64,000 nucleotides of DNA from a virus. Its lineage: Duplodnaviria > Caudoviricetes. The notes beneath the pieces were generated by a model. That model was not told where the DNA came from and searched no databases. It saw only the letters and a program-made list of their open reading frames with translations. How positions within the stretch are numbered: position 1 is the stretch's first letter; every line of letters begins with the position of its first letter. The translations under genes were made by a program, and so were the position numbers. This document shows, one piece after another, positions 10,308 through 20,196 of this stretch. The DNA lies in IMG/VR virus record IMGVR_UViG_3300025631_000005, positions 9,996 to 73,995 of that record. One strand, written 5' to 3'.

Positions 10308-11348
10308 ATGCTGAACCCTGAGCTTTACGGTTTGCTTGCCGCCAGATTCGGCTCGGTACTCGTCGCCAAAGAGGGCGAACAGCTCCTGTGGAGGATAAAT
10401 AAACTCCCCGACGGTAAAACCCGCCTCGATATTATTGATTTCGGCGAAACCTATCGGGTGTGCTGCCCGTACTGCGCCCAGCGAGGCGATCCGGACAAGC
10501 GTTATCGTCTCTGGGTCAGCCATGCTTGGGGTACCTACGTCGGAAACGACTTCGTCGGCAAAGTGCCTGTTTGGCATACTGTGACCTGCTTCCATAACGA
10601 CTGTCTCGGGACGTACGACGCGAAAATGGACTTTCGCAATATGGTTCTAGGTCCATCTTACGATCCGAGACCGCCGATCTTGTACGACGGCGTCAACGTC
10701 GAGCAGCCCGCCGGCAAGACATATCCCACGCTGCCCGGAGAGTGCCGACCGATTTGCGAATTCAGCCAAGATCATCCGGCGGTCCAGTTCTTAGCCAAGC
10801 GTGGAATAGACCACAAAGAGGCGTACGACCGGCACAATCTCCATGTGTGTCTGCAATGCGACGAATTTCCGTATATTGCCGGTGGAATCATAATCCCGGT
10901 CATCATAGACGGCCGGCAGGTCGGCTGGCAGTGCAGAATGCTGCACAGCGATCGGAAATTCCGGTACTTCACACCGCCCGGAATGCAGCTGGCCCGGTTC
11001 GTATACAACTTCGACAGATGCTTGGAGCTGGACAGGGACTATATCGTGGTAGTGGAGGGGCCGTTCGATGCAATACGGCTTGAAAACGCGGTGGCCCTTT
11101 TCGGCAAGAATATCAGCATCCATCAGCAGTATCTCGTATCGAGATGGCGCCGGTGTGTGGTCTTCTTGGACCCGGACGCCGAAAAGGAGGCGAATGCAGT
11201 CGTTGCGAAGCTTCGGAATATCGGCCTGGCTGCAGCCTCGGTTCGCGGACATGAGGCCGATCCAGCCAAGCTGGACCGCAGCAGAGCGGATGAGCTGATC
11301 AGGCAAGCCCTGGTCGGCATCGACTCGGATGAAAGGAGAATCGTATGA
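10308..11348 (+). CDS. DNA primase (Zn ribbon + TOPRIM)
   Basis: CCPYC...CFHNDC, VVVEGPFDAIRL, FLDPDA. Confidence 0.88.
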   Translation: MLNPELYGLLAARFGSVLVAKEGEQLLWRINKLPDGKTRLDIIDFGETYRVCCPYCAQRGDPDKRYRLWVSHAWGTYVGNDFVGKVPVWHTVTCFHNDCLGTYDAKMDFRNMVLGPSYDPRPPILYDGVNVEQPAGKTYPTLPGECRPICEFSQDHPAVQFLAKRGIDHKEAYDRHNLHVCLQCDEFPYIAGGIIIPVIIDGRQVGWQCRMLHSDRKFRYFTPPGMQLARFVYNFDRCLELDRDYIVVVEGPFDAIRLENAVALFGKNISIHQQYLVSRWRRCVVFLDPDAEKEANAVVAKLRNIGLAAASVRGHEADPAKLDRSRADELIRQALVGIDSDERRIV

Positions 11349-11632
11349 AATGGCGTAGAATCGTCGACAAATCAGGTAGCAAGTCTGTCGTCAAATGGGT
11401 GGACGACGGTAATCGGTACGTGATCCTGGTTAGTGCGGAACTCGAAGGAGGAAAACTGTACGTGCCGGGAGTTTTCAGCAAGAACGGCGAGGCCGCTTTT
11501 CTCGGGTTTTTTACAAAAACTCTGTCGGACGCCAAAGAAATATGCCGCGTCCACAGCGAAGACCGTGCTGTCGGCCGCCTTTTAGAGCGGTGTGCGAAAG
11601 TGATGCTCGGTATTCTGACGCAGGGGCTGTAA
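11345..11632 (+). CDS. hypothetical protein
   Basis: AAGGAG RBS, ATGA overlap with primase stop. Confidence 0.6.
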   Translation: MKWRRIVDKSGSKSVVKWVDDGNRYVILVSAELEGGKLYVPGVFSKNGEAAFLGFFTKTLSDAKEICRVHSEDRAVGRLLERCAKVMLGILTQGL

Positions 11633-11645
11633 CTAGGCGGACGTA

Positions 11646-11674
11646 TTGACAAAGGATCCGTTAGAAGCTAAAAA
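11646..11674 (+). promoter_or_regulatory. putative sigma70-type promoter upstream of DNA polymerase
   Basis: Perfect TTGACA, 17-nt spacer, TAAAAA; palindrome copy ~30 nt downstream. Confidence 0.5.
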
Positions 11675-11705
11675 AGTAGCGAGGCGCATCTGAGTGCGAC
11701 TCTTA

Positions 11706-11725
11706 TTTTGAATCCGGATTCAAAA
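11706..11725. repeat. 20-bp palindrome copy 3
   Basis: Exact; upstream of polymerase. Confidence 0.95.
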
Positions 11726-11785
11726 ATCCGGTGTATTTGCGGCAAATGACAAGCATTATGATTGGAATGATAATGATTCAAGCGA

Positions 11786-14700
11786 ATGCTGGAGAGACGA
11801 ACGATGTTCGAGTGCTACGTGTCCGCGTTTGCCCCGGGTCTTCCACCTCCCGGCCAAGCTATACAGGACTGCGCCAAGCTATTGGCCAGTGCACACCCTG
11901 GAAAATCGGAAAGGTGGCTGATTGAGTATGTGCAGGGGCATGTCCTGTATTCCCGCGGCGGCTTTTTCTTGAGTCTGCCGCTCAATGGGAAACAGGTTAT
12001 CTACAATGTCCTTTCTGGTCATATCTGGGCCCGCCCTGATCTGATAGGCCCCAGGCTGGCAAAAGTCGCTGTTGTCGGCAAAAGGCCCGGATTAGAGGAA
12101 ATGACTCATCTGGCGAACTTCGTCGGGCCTAGCGGTAAACTGCTCCGTCAGGTACTGAAGGACAAGGGCATCCCGGAGACTGAACAGGACTCCTTCTACG
12201 TCACAAACCTCATCAAATGGTACGAGCCGGCTGTCGATAACATACCCCCCGAATGGAGGGCTGTCGCCGTCCCGATTCTTTTCCAGGAATTGGCTATCGT
12301 GAAGCCGGACTATATTCTGGCTCTTGGACTAGAGGCGGCGCAGGTTGTTCTGGGTCAGCGGATTAGTTTGAAGCTGGCTTCAAACAAGGTTCATACGATC
12401 CAGTTGCCTGTCGGCGACGGGACGAAGGAGGTCCTCGTTTTCGTGACCAGACACCCGGCTCAGGTCTGTCGGTCTCCGGAAGCACTACCCCTTCTGCAGA
12501 GCGAACTGGAGCTGTTCTGCAGTAAATTGGCCGATCGTAAGCCGGTTATCGTGAATGACCAGGTCCAAATCGACGTCATTGCGACAGAAGAAGATCTGGA
12601 GCGGGTCAGAAAAGAGGTCATGTCGTTGCCACCCGTTCGGAGGGTGTCCGTCGACCTCGAGTGGAACCAAGCCTTCCCGTGCCAAAAAGGGGCCTATGTC
12701 CGGACGGCTCAGATCGCTTGGAAACCGTACCATGCCGCTGTCATTGTCGTCCGACGCCAAGGCGGCGCTGAGGTCCGCCCGGGATGGCAGGAAAAATGCG
12801 CCCGAGTGCTGAAAGAGATTCTCCTGGACCCGCAGACGCAGGTCATAGGTGCTCATATCTCGGCCGACTATCCGTGGCTGAAGCACCTCGGCATCGACCT
12901 TCTGGCCGGTAGGAAGATCGTCCCGGACGATGCGAAAGATCCAGTCTACCCAGGTATCTTCGATATTGCGGTGGCCGAACACGCCATGAACGAGGTCGGT
13001 CCGTTCGATCTGGAGTCCTTGGCTATCGGGCGTTGCGGATTCCGACCCTGGTCACAGGACCTTGAACGATGGATTTCGGCGCATATCGCCGAGCTCGGGA
13101 TCAAAGTCAAGGAATTGCCTGGTTACGGCTCATGCCCGGATGAGGTGCTTTACCCCTACGCCGGCTTGGATGCAGCGGCTACCTGGATGACGGCAGACGC
13201 GCAGCAGCAGGCATTACGCCGAGGGGACAGATTCGGAAACGAGTGCATGACGCCGTTCCTGCGAAGCATGAGGGCTTTGGCTGCTTTGATCGAGATCCAT
13301 GATGTCGGGATCAAAATAGACCGACAGCAGGTGGATCGGCTCACAGCCTCCTATATGCAAGTAGGCCAGACGCTGCTGGAAGAACTGAGGAGCAAGGCGA
13401 ACTGGCCGGCATTCAACCCCAGAAGCCATCCTCAGTCGGTAGAGCTGCTGTTCGGCGAAAAGTACAACAACAAGCTGGACAAGGAAGGCAATCCGGTCAG
13501 GCTTCGACCGGAAGGCGCTATTTCCTTGGCGCTTCAACCTGTTCTGACCACAAGCGGCGACGTCTGGACCGGCGCGCCGACCGACAGACCCAGCACCAAC
13601 AAGGAAGTCTGCGGCCTTCTGGCGCCGCAGCATCCTATCGCCAAGCTGCTCCAGGACTGCCGGTTCATCGACCATATCTTGAAAAGCGTGCTGCGGCGCC
13701 CGTCCGAAGATAAAATCGCCAGCGACGGGTCCTGGGCGTACGACGGCGGTATCGGCTCCTTCATCTGCGACGACGGGCGGGTCCACAGCACCTTTGCGCC
13801 GCTGCAGGAGACAGGCCGCAGCAGCAGCTCCAGGCCGCCTCTGCAGAATATCGCCAAACAGCGTGAAGCCGTCTATCAGCAGATAGCCGGCCCGATGTAC
13901 GTAGCTCCGCTGCGCAGCATATTCACCGCAGAGCCGGGTTATGTTCTGGTGGAAGCGGATATTTGTTCGGCGGAGTTGGTCTGTCTGGCCGTAGCCGCCA
14001 CAGACAACCTGCTGCTTGAGCATTGCCGCAGATCAGCGCTGCCGGATAATGATCCCGATTACTATGATATTCATAGCAATATCGCTGTAATGGCGTTCGG
14101 TCTGAATTGTCCGCCGACGAAGAAAGGTTTAGCCTCTATAGGCGCCTCAAGACTGCGGACTGCGGCGAAATCGGTGGTCTACGGCGGTTGGTACGGCAGA
14201 GGGCTGCAAGCGATCGCCAGACAGTGCCAGCAGGAAGGAAACCAGATCACCGAGGAGGAGACCAAGCAGATCTTGGATGCACTGTTCACAACCTACCCGT
14301 TGTCTTACACGTTCATGCAGAAGGTACGCAAGCGCGTTACCGACCCCAGATGGTTGCGGAACTGCTGGGGCAGGGTCAGAAGATTCCCGGAGACGGACGA
14401 CCCTGCTACGATCTCGCAGTATGAGAGGGAGGCCCGCAGTTTCGTTCCGCAGTCGATGGTGGCTGACGCGATGAATGTAGCCCTCTATAACCTATACTAC
14501 CATCCGAGACGGCAGGAGCTGGGTTATCGAATAGTGTCCCAGATTCACGACGCTTGCCTATTGGAGGTGCCTGTCAAAGCGCTGGATATTGTTTACCATG
14601 AGGTTTTACCGGAATGTATGTGTCGAAACGTGCGGCTCCGAGCTTGCGACTTAGACGGAGTTCCGTACCCTGATCGCCCTGAATATAACTTCGACATTGA

Positions 14701-14791
14701 TCGCGGGGTATTTATCAGATGGGGCGTACCTCTGACCGTGGATCAGTGCAAATCTTTAGGTATCGATGTCTCCTACGCAAAGAAAGGATGA
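11786..14791 (+). CDS. family A DNA polymerase with N-terminal uracil-DNA-glycosylase-like domain and 3'-5' exonuclease
   Basis: UDG-like VVGKRPG..E..FVGPSGKLL, YVTNLIK, TRHPA; exo VDLEW, YAGLDA; Pol motifs EADICSAEL, RTAAKSVVYG, SQIHDA. Confidence 0.9.
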   Translation: MLERRTMFECYVSAFAPGLPPPGQAIQDCAKLLASAHPGKSERWLIEYVQGHVLYSRGGFFLSLPLNGKQVIYNVLSGHIWARPDLIGPRLAKVAVVGKRPGLEEMTHLANFVGPSGKLLRQVLKDKGIPETEQDSFYVTNLIKWYEPAVDNIPPEWRAVAVPILFQELAIVKPDYILALGLEAAQVVLGQRISLKLASNKVHTIQLPVGDGTKEVLVFVTRHPAQVCRSPEALPLLQSELELFCSKLADRKPVIVNDQVQIDVIATEEDLERVRKEVMSLPPVRRVSVDLEWNQAFPCQKGAYVRTAQIAWKPYHAAVIVVRRQGGAEVRPGWQEKCARVLKEILLDPQTQVIGAHISADYPWLKHLGIDLLAGRKIVPDDAKDPVYPGIFDIAVAEHAMNEVGPFDLESLAIGRCGFRPWSQDLERWISAHIAELGIKVKELPGYGSCPDEVLYPYAGLDAAATWMTADAQQQALRRGDRFGNECMTPFLRSMRALAALIEIHDVGIKIDRQQVDRLTASYMQVGQTLLEELRSKANWPAFNPRSHPQSVELLFGEKYNNKLDKEGNPVRLRPEGAISLALQPVLTTSGDVWTGAPTDRPSTNKEVCGLLAPQHPIAKLLQDCRFIDHILKSVLRRPSEDKIASDGSWAYDGGIGSFICDDGRVHSTFAPLQETGRSSSSRPPLQNIAKQREAVYQQIAGPMYVAPLRSIFTAEPGYVLVEADICSAELVCLAVAATDNLLLEHCRRSALPDNDPDYYDIHSNIAVMAFGLNCPPTKKGLASIGASRLRTAAKSVVYGGWYGRGLQAIARQCQQEGNQITEEETKQILDALFTTYPLSYTFMQKVRKRVTDPRWLRNCWGRVRRFPETDDPATISQYEREARSFVPQSMVADAMNVALYNLYYHPRRQELGYRIVSQIHDACLLEVPVKALDIVYHEVLPECMCRNVRLRACDLDGVPYPDRPEYNFDIDRGVFIRWGVPLTVDQCKSLGIDVSYAKKG

Positions 14792-15957
14792 ATGAAATGA
14801 GTGAACCGCATGAAACAGGTGGAATGCAGCATCGCATGAGCTTTGTGCCCGAATTGTACGGCGCCAGGCTGGTCAAACCGGAACTGGAAGACATTTACCC
14901 GGTCTTCTGGCCGAACTGGCCGGATGTCGACGGTACGTTTACTCGAAATATCTTTCGGTTCCTCCCGATCTCCAGCGATTGTCCAACTTTCTGGGAGGAC
15001 GGCAGAGTCGGGCCGTGGCTCTACGCCGGATACGGCGGCCAGATATTTACCGCGTCCACCAGAGTGGTTTTCCTTCTCGGGGACAGCAGAAAACACACCG
15101 AGTACGCTATTCGTCAATCGCCGTACTGGGTTTTGTACGACCGGGTCGTTCAAGCCGTCAGCGCCGGTTCTTATCCGCAATGGCGGGCGATGAACCTGGT
15201 GCGCCTGCGAAGCGACGACTTCGACCGGACCAAACCGCCCGTTCTTCAGAAACCGTCGATGCTGTTCCTGGCGCAAGTCCAGGTTGTAAGTCATAGTGAC
15301 TATCAGGAGACCGGAGGTAAGTATAACCCAAGGTCTCCAGTTTGCCTCCTTGCAATGAGAGGCAACATTGGATGGACGCTAATCAGCGCCATTCGCCAGT
15401 TCCGCAGGAACCCTGCCTACAAGGACATCCTGGATCCGGAACACGGCGTATTGATAGAATTCCGACCTGCGACAGGCGGGATTCCACCGAAACCGGGGTG
15501 TTTTACTTTCCCGGTGAATGTTGGTTATTGCATTGATATCCATACAGACACCGATGCGCCAGTTGCACGGGATATTCTTGAGCAGACGAAATGGTGGTTC
15601 GATCTGCTTCATTTTCCGTCTGAAGAGGAACAGGTCCGTTGGCTGACCAGTCTTCTGCCAACCGACGTGACCAATTATGCGTTCAGGCGTACCACTTATG
15701 AACAATTTATACCGGGAGGAACACCAGATGGTGGAGTTCTTACGAGAGATTATGCGCCTGATGGAGACCGTGGCGGAGTTCGTAGCAATGCTGATCGGTC
15801 AGCCGGATATACGCAACAGACTCCGGTAGCGTCGCCTAACATGAAAGCTGGCGCATTGCAGTCTGACGTCGACCTGGACAGCGCTTTGAATGAAGTGCTG
15901 AATCGTATCGAGGCTACATTGAATAAGCCCGAAAATCCAGGCGGCGAAAAGCAGTAG
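14788..15957 (+). CDS. hypothetical protein, possibly ssDNA-binding protein
   Basis: ATGA overlap with pol stop; position between pol and RecA; function from synteny only. Confidence 0.5.
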   Translation: MNEMSEPHETGGMQHRMSFVPELYGARLVKPELEDIYPVFWPNWPDVDGTFTRNIFRFLPISSDCPTFWEDGRVGPWLYAGYGGQIFTASTRVVFLLGDSRKHTEYAIRQSPYWVLYDRVVQAVSAGSYPQWRAMNLVRLRSDDFDRTKPPVLQKPSMLFLAQVQVVSHSDYQETGGKYNPRSPVCLLAMRGNIGWTLISAIRQFRRNPAYKDILDPEHGVLIEFRPATGGIPPKPGCFTFPVNVGYCIDIHTDTDAPVARDILEQTKWWFDLLHFPSEEEQVRWLTSLLPTDVTNYAFRRTTYEQFIPGGTPDGGVLTRDYAPDGDRGGVRSNADRSAGYTQQTPVASPNMKAGALQSDVDLDSALNEVLNRIEATLNKPENPGGEKQ

Positions 15958-16044
15958 TTGACGGTATTTCTGCGGGTTGGTTCGGCAGTCGGCCGAACCA
16001 ACCTGCTTTTTTCGTCTTGTTCCTTATTCACCGAGGACGCCTAT

Positions 16045-17355
16045 ATGAAGGAGCCAGAAGCGCCTGTGTCCAAGCAAAAGCGCGAAATTGATAACAGCTT
16101 GCTGGCGGCTATCGACTCTATAGCAAGAATGCAGTCGAAGAGAGACCAGCAGGAAGGCAACCTCCCAAGTCTGATCGCCGGTCTTCCTGTCCCGTCTTTG
16201 GCTTTCCGTTATCTGATACAGAATACCACCCTTCCGTTGGGTATGGTGTACCACCTGGTCGGCCCGCCGGCGTCGTTCAAGTCGCTGTTCGGCGCAGAGA
16301 TCGCCAGATGGCATCGTCTATGCGGCGGCGCCGCCATTATCTGCGAAGCGGAGACGAAACCTACCCCAATGTTGAGGGGTAGCGTACTGGACCACGACTT
16401 TTCACGGATTTATATTCGTGAGTGTCAGCACCTGGAGCAATGGCAGAAGACGATCACCGACTACCTGAAAGAGATCAGGAAAGTGATCGAAAACGACCCG
16501 GAATCAGCCGTGCCGGTGGCGTTCGTCATCGACAGCTACATGGGTAAAATGCCTCTATGCTTGCTGGAAGAAGTCAGACGGCGCGGGTACGCGGAACGGC
16601 ATTTCGGGATAGCCGCCATGCTGATAGGCGATTGGCTCAGTGCGGCTACATCGTTTCTGCAAGGACTGCCGGTGACGATTGTCGGTATCAACCATCTGAA
16701 ACAGACCACGCATCCGATCACACAGCGGCCTATCTATAGGACGCCTGGCGGGCAGTTCCTGCAGCACCAGAACGTTATTGAGATCCGAATCAGCCGTAGT
16801 AAGACTGTCTATAAGCGTCACGAGGATACGGAGTACCTGGAAACCATCGTCCAGCTGTACACGTCCAAAAACTCCCGCGGCGCTCAGGATAAGCAGATCC
16901 AGGTGCCTCTTCGGCAATGGAATGAGGTGATCGACGGTGAAGTGAAGCTGTTCAGCAACTTCGACTGGTGGGCGGCGACGACCTACATGCTGTATGACGG
17001 TACCGGCATGGGGTCGCAAGACAGGACCGCACTTCTGCCGAAGATAAAGAAGGTCGTCGATATCCAGAAAAGATCGAGAGGAGACCTGTACTGGTGCAAA
17101 AGCCTCGGCGTCTCGAAAGATAACGCCATCTCGGCGCATGAGATGGGTGTTCTGGTCGAAGAGAACACGGAGTTGCAGACGGAATTGTGTCTAGCGCTCG
17201 GTATCTGCAAACTACCTGTCTGGAATGAGCAGAGTCTCGCAACCGTCAAGCCGTACTACACCAGATCGCTTGTCGTCAACGGCGAGGAGGAAGATCGGTA
17301 TTCGGTCGAGATGGAAGCGATTGAGGTGCTCGAGGACGATGTAAGCCTTGCGTAA
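16045..17355 (+). CDS. RecA/UvsX-like recombinase
   Basis: GPPASFKS Walker A, FVIDS Walker B, INHLK, TPGG; GAGGA before ATG 16045. Confidence 0.85.
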   Translation: MKEPEAPVSKQKREIDNSLLAAIDSIARMQSKRDQQEGNLPSLIAGLPVPSLAFRYLIQNTTLPLGMVYHLVGPPASFKSLFGAEIARWHRLCGGAAIICEAETKPTPMLRGSVLDHDFSRIYIRECQHLEQWQKTITDYLKEIRKVIENDPESAVPVAFVIDSYMGKMPLCLLEEVRRRGYAERHFGIAAMLIGDWLSAATSFLQGLPVTIVGINHLKQTTHPITQRPIYRTPGGQFLQHQNVIEIRISRSKTVYKRHEDTEYLETIVQLYTSKNSRGAQDKQIQVPLRQWNEVIDGEVKLFSNFDWWAATTYMLYDGTGMGSQDRTALLPKIKKVVDIQKRSRGDLYWCKSLGVSKDNAISAHEMGVLVEENTELQTELCLALGICKLPVWNEQSLATVKPYYTRSLVVNGEEEDRYSVEMEAIEVLEDDVSLA

Positions 17356-18539
17356 TGGGGTGTTTTATGTCGCTTCCTAAGATTATTCAAGCCTGGCGCA
17401 AGAAAGGAGACAGCATCCTATGCATATTGGATGATACAAAGGTGCTGACGAAGCTGGTCGGCTTCGATGTCATTCATGTACCGTATGCTAACGCCGAAAA
17501 ACAACTCAAAAAGCTGGCGAAGCGGGCATTCGAGTGCGTCGTTATGTCGCCGCTTCGCGAAGAACTGTTACCGGCGGTTTGCGGCGTCGTCAAACCGAAC
17601 GGGCTGCTGATTCTTGAGTTCTTGGACAGGGAGGATTGGTTCGGACGTAGCAGTGAGCTGCTGCAGAAATTGAAGCAACTCGGGTTTTCATCGACCCAAG
17701 TCGTACCCTGTCGCAAGAAACGTAGAGGCGCTCAACTGCTGTGGTATGTCTTTATAGCCGAGTCTGCAAAAGGAGAAAAAATGACCGACTTAGTACCTTT
17801 CGAACGGGAATCGGATGATATTACAATCCCTGCGAAGGAAGCGTGGGAGCAGTTGGACGAGTTCGAGAAGGCCCGCGTCAACGAGCTGTCTAGCCTCATC
17901 AACAGCCGGATTCTGGAGGTTGTCAACTGGGGTTGGAAGGTCGGGACAATCGTGGCGCAAATCCAGCGACACAGCAGGTCGCAGGATCGACTTCAGCTCG
18001 TCGCCGCGGCTTTGGGCCTCAAAAGCACTCGCAGTCTGCACTACGCCGTCAGCGTCGTCGATCGTTGGGAGACCAAGGAACGCTTCGACAAACTTGTGCA
18101 AGCGGCCACTTACAACGGCAGAACGCTGTCATTTTCCCATCTGGTGGTTCTGAGCGACATCATCGATGACGATGAGGCGTTCGAATACGCCAGGGAGGCT
18201 ATCAAAAACGCCTACGACTATCGGACGCTCAAAAGCCTCATTCGCGGTGACGAGGAGCGGCAGCCCAGAGGGCCTGGGCGGCTGCCCGGCATACCGAAGA
18301 GTGTAGAAGCCTGCATACCGGCTATCCTGAGGGATGTTACTGCGATGCGTAATCGCTTGGAGCGTTCCTGGCTGGCGGACGAGTTCAACGTCATTGAAGA
18401 GCTCAGCCAGATGCCGGAGATACCTACCAACATGCTGAGGAGTCTCAAACAGCTGCTAGAGCACGCGAAATCTGTCAAAGAGCAGATTGGCTTGCTCATC
18501 GAAGGAATTCAAGGCATTGTAGGCAATCGCAAGCATTAG
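17355..18539 (+). CDS. two-part protein: degenerate methyltransferase-like N-terminus and putative DNA-binding C-terminus (DUF1016-N-like)
   Basis: FECVVMSP...VKPNGLLIL; WGWKVG...LSFSHLVVL; in-frame AGGAG-ATG at 17781. Confidence 0.5.
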   Translation: MGCFMSLPKIIQAWRKKGDSILCILDDTKVLTKLVGFDVIHVPYANAEKQLKKLAKRAFECVVMSPLREELLPAVCGVVKPNGLLILEFLDREDWFGRSSELLQKLKQLGFSSTQVVPCRKKRRGAQLLWYVFIAESAKGEKMTDLVPFERESDDITIPAKEAWEQLDEFEKARVNELSSLINSRILEVVNWGWKVGTIVAQIQRHSRSQDRLQLVAAALGLKSTRSLHYAVSVVDRWETKERFDKLVQAATYNGRTLSFSHLVVLSDIIDDDEAFEYAREAIKNAYDYRTLKSLIRGDEERQPRGPGRLPGIPKSVEACIPAILRDVTAMRNRLERSWLADEFNVIEELSQMPEIPTNMLRSLKQLLEHAKSVKEQIGLLIEGIQGIVGNRKH

Positions 18540-18594
18540 CGACGGTAAAGGGTGCAGTCTAGCACCCATATTTGTTTTTAGCTCGGCTGCATTT

Positions 18595-19329
18595 ATGTTG
18601 ATATTCAACGGTTATGTATGTCCGCCGTATCGGCTGAAACCGATACGTCAGAAGGCCAACAAGGTCTACTCGCTTCTGGTGAAGTTCCTGGACAGCAAGC
18701 TCGACGACGCCAACTATGAAGAGGTATGCCATCGAATAGCGGCTGGGCTCGATTGCGGCAAGGAAGTGGTACTGCTCTCCATGCAGCCGTTCCGCGGCGC
18801 GACCATGTCGAAGCCGTTTTTGGAGTCTTTGGCATGGAAGTTTGCGGCGTCCCAACGCAGTATGCAGCGAGGCGTACCGTTAATACCGACGCCGGTTCTT
18901 ATCCCGGGTTGGTCGTATTGCCAGATCATAAACGGCCGTAGTCTGGTGTCCGGGATGATCGAGCTGGTCTACTATGTATTGACCGGACCTGCAGTCGGCG
19001 GCCACGTGGTCGAGAAGCTGACTGTGCCGCAGTTCAACGCTATCCGATGGAAACTGACGCGCCGGATAGGCAAGAGCCACCAACTGCGGCCGGTCGATAT
19101 GCAGGGGATGCTGTTCGCCGCTTTTCTGCTCTCAGACGAAGGCCGTACCAGGATGGCATGGAAGTCCATAAGCACCACGCCGTTCATGTTCAAGCGGAAT
19201 CGTAAGATCATGTCCTGCATCTTCGATGCCAGACAGAGCAAATCCACGATCCGCCTTAAGAACGTCTTCTTCCTGCCTGTAGATATGGATGGCGTTGCGA
19301 CGCAGGATCTGATTCTCTACCCGGATTGA
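18595..19329 (+). CDS. hypothetical protein
   Basis: 244-codon ORF on the coding strand, TTG start. Confidence 0.55.
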   Translation: MLIFNGYVCPPYRLKPIRQKANKVYSLLVKFLDSKLDDANYEEVCHRIAAGLDCGKEVVLLSMQPFRGATMSKPFLESLAWKFAASQRSMQRGVPLIPTPVLIPGWSYCQIINGRSLVSGMIELVYYVLTGPAVGGHVVEKLTVPQFNAIRWKLTRRIGKSHQLRPVDMQGMLFAAFLLSDEGRTRMAWKSISTTPFMFKRNRKIMSCIFDARQSKSTIRLKNVFFLPVDMDGVATQDLILYPD

Positions 19330-19350
19330 CCCATTTTCAGGAGGTCGACT

Positions 19351-19695
19351 ATGATGGAGTCTGAGCAGTTTGTTGGGTTCGATCAGACCGGAAGGCTACG
19401 GAGCGGCGACGGGCCTATCGCTCAATATGTCCGTCGTCGTATGGCCCTTGCCGACCGGTATTGGGACGGGCTGCTGTCAGCCCTGCGACGCCTTGCGGCA
19501 GCCGTCTTTCTTTTTCCCGTCATCTGGCATGTCTGCTGGCTGGCGGCTCGTGAAGCATCTGTAGAGATCGAACGGCTGAGGTATGAGGTGAGACCGCGAC
19601 AGGCGGATGGCGGGAGCTACGACGCGGTAGAAAAACCGAGCCGTCCGAACAGGTTTAGACAGATAGGCGGCTTTTTGACTTTGGACCCGTTATGA
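19351..19695 (+). CDS. hypothetical protein
   Basis: GGAGG RBS. Confidence 0.5.
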   Translation: MMESEQFVGFDQTGRLRSGDGPIAQYVRRRMALADRYWDGLLSALRRLAAAVFLFPVIWHVCWLAAREASVEIERLRYEVRPRQADGGSYDAVEKPSRPNRFRQIGGFLTLDPL

Positions 19696-19730
19696 TACAA
19701 TACCAGAGCTAAACACTAGGAGGCTGCGAA

Positions 19731-20195
19731 ATGCTTCAACTTCGCCCTGCCGGTACAGACACCCTTTTCTACAGCCCCGACAGAGATCTGGCCATCGTCG
19801 GAATAGGGTTGTTAAGAGCTTCCGCTATTTTGATGGATTCCCAGAGGGAACCGTGGTTTCAAGCCTTCCTGAATCAGAACGGCGTCAGCGACCAGATGCT
19901 GGCTGACGGGATGCAGAAGGTAGCCGTCGCTTCCTCCTACTTTAAGGACAGACCGGGACAGGCGCTGAAAAAAGCCGGGTTCTACTCCCTGCCATGGGCT
20001 GTCCAGGCCGCTATTTTTATGAAAATGGGCCAGGTGCTCTACAGCGCCGTCCATACCAGCCGTAGATCCAGCTTCAGCGCGGATGCGGATAGATTGCCTG
20101 TCGGCTCTGACCCGATCGAGGAGCAGGCCAAGAGGTTAATGGAGCAAGCCAAGATCGAGATTTTGAATCCGGATTCAAAAAGTTCGACTACGTGA
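19731..20195 (+). CDS. hypothetical protein
   Basis: GGAGG RBS; palindrome copy near 3' end. Confidence 0.6.
   Translation: MLQLRPAGTDTLFYSPDRDLAIVGIGLLRASAILMDSQREPWFQAFLNQNGVSDQMLADGMQKVAVASSYFKDRPGQALKKAGFYSLPWAVQAAIFMKMGQVLYSAVHTSRRSSFSADADRLPVGSDPIEEQAKRLMEQAKIEILNPDSKSSTT
20161..20180. repeat. 20-bp palindrome copy 4
   Basis: Exact; in 3' end of 19731-20195 (ILNPDSK). Confidence 0.95.
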
Positions 20196-20196
20196 C

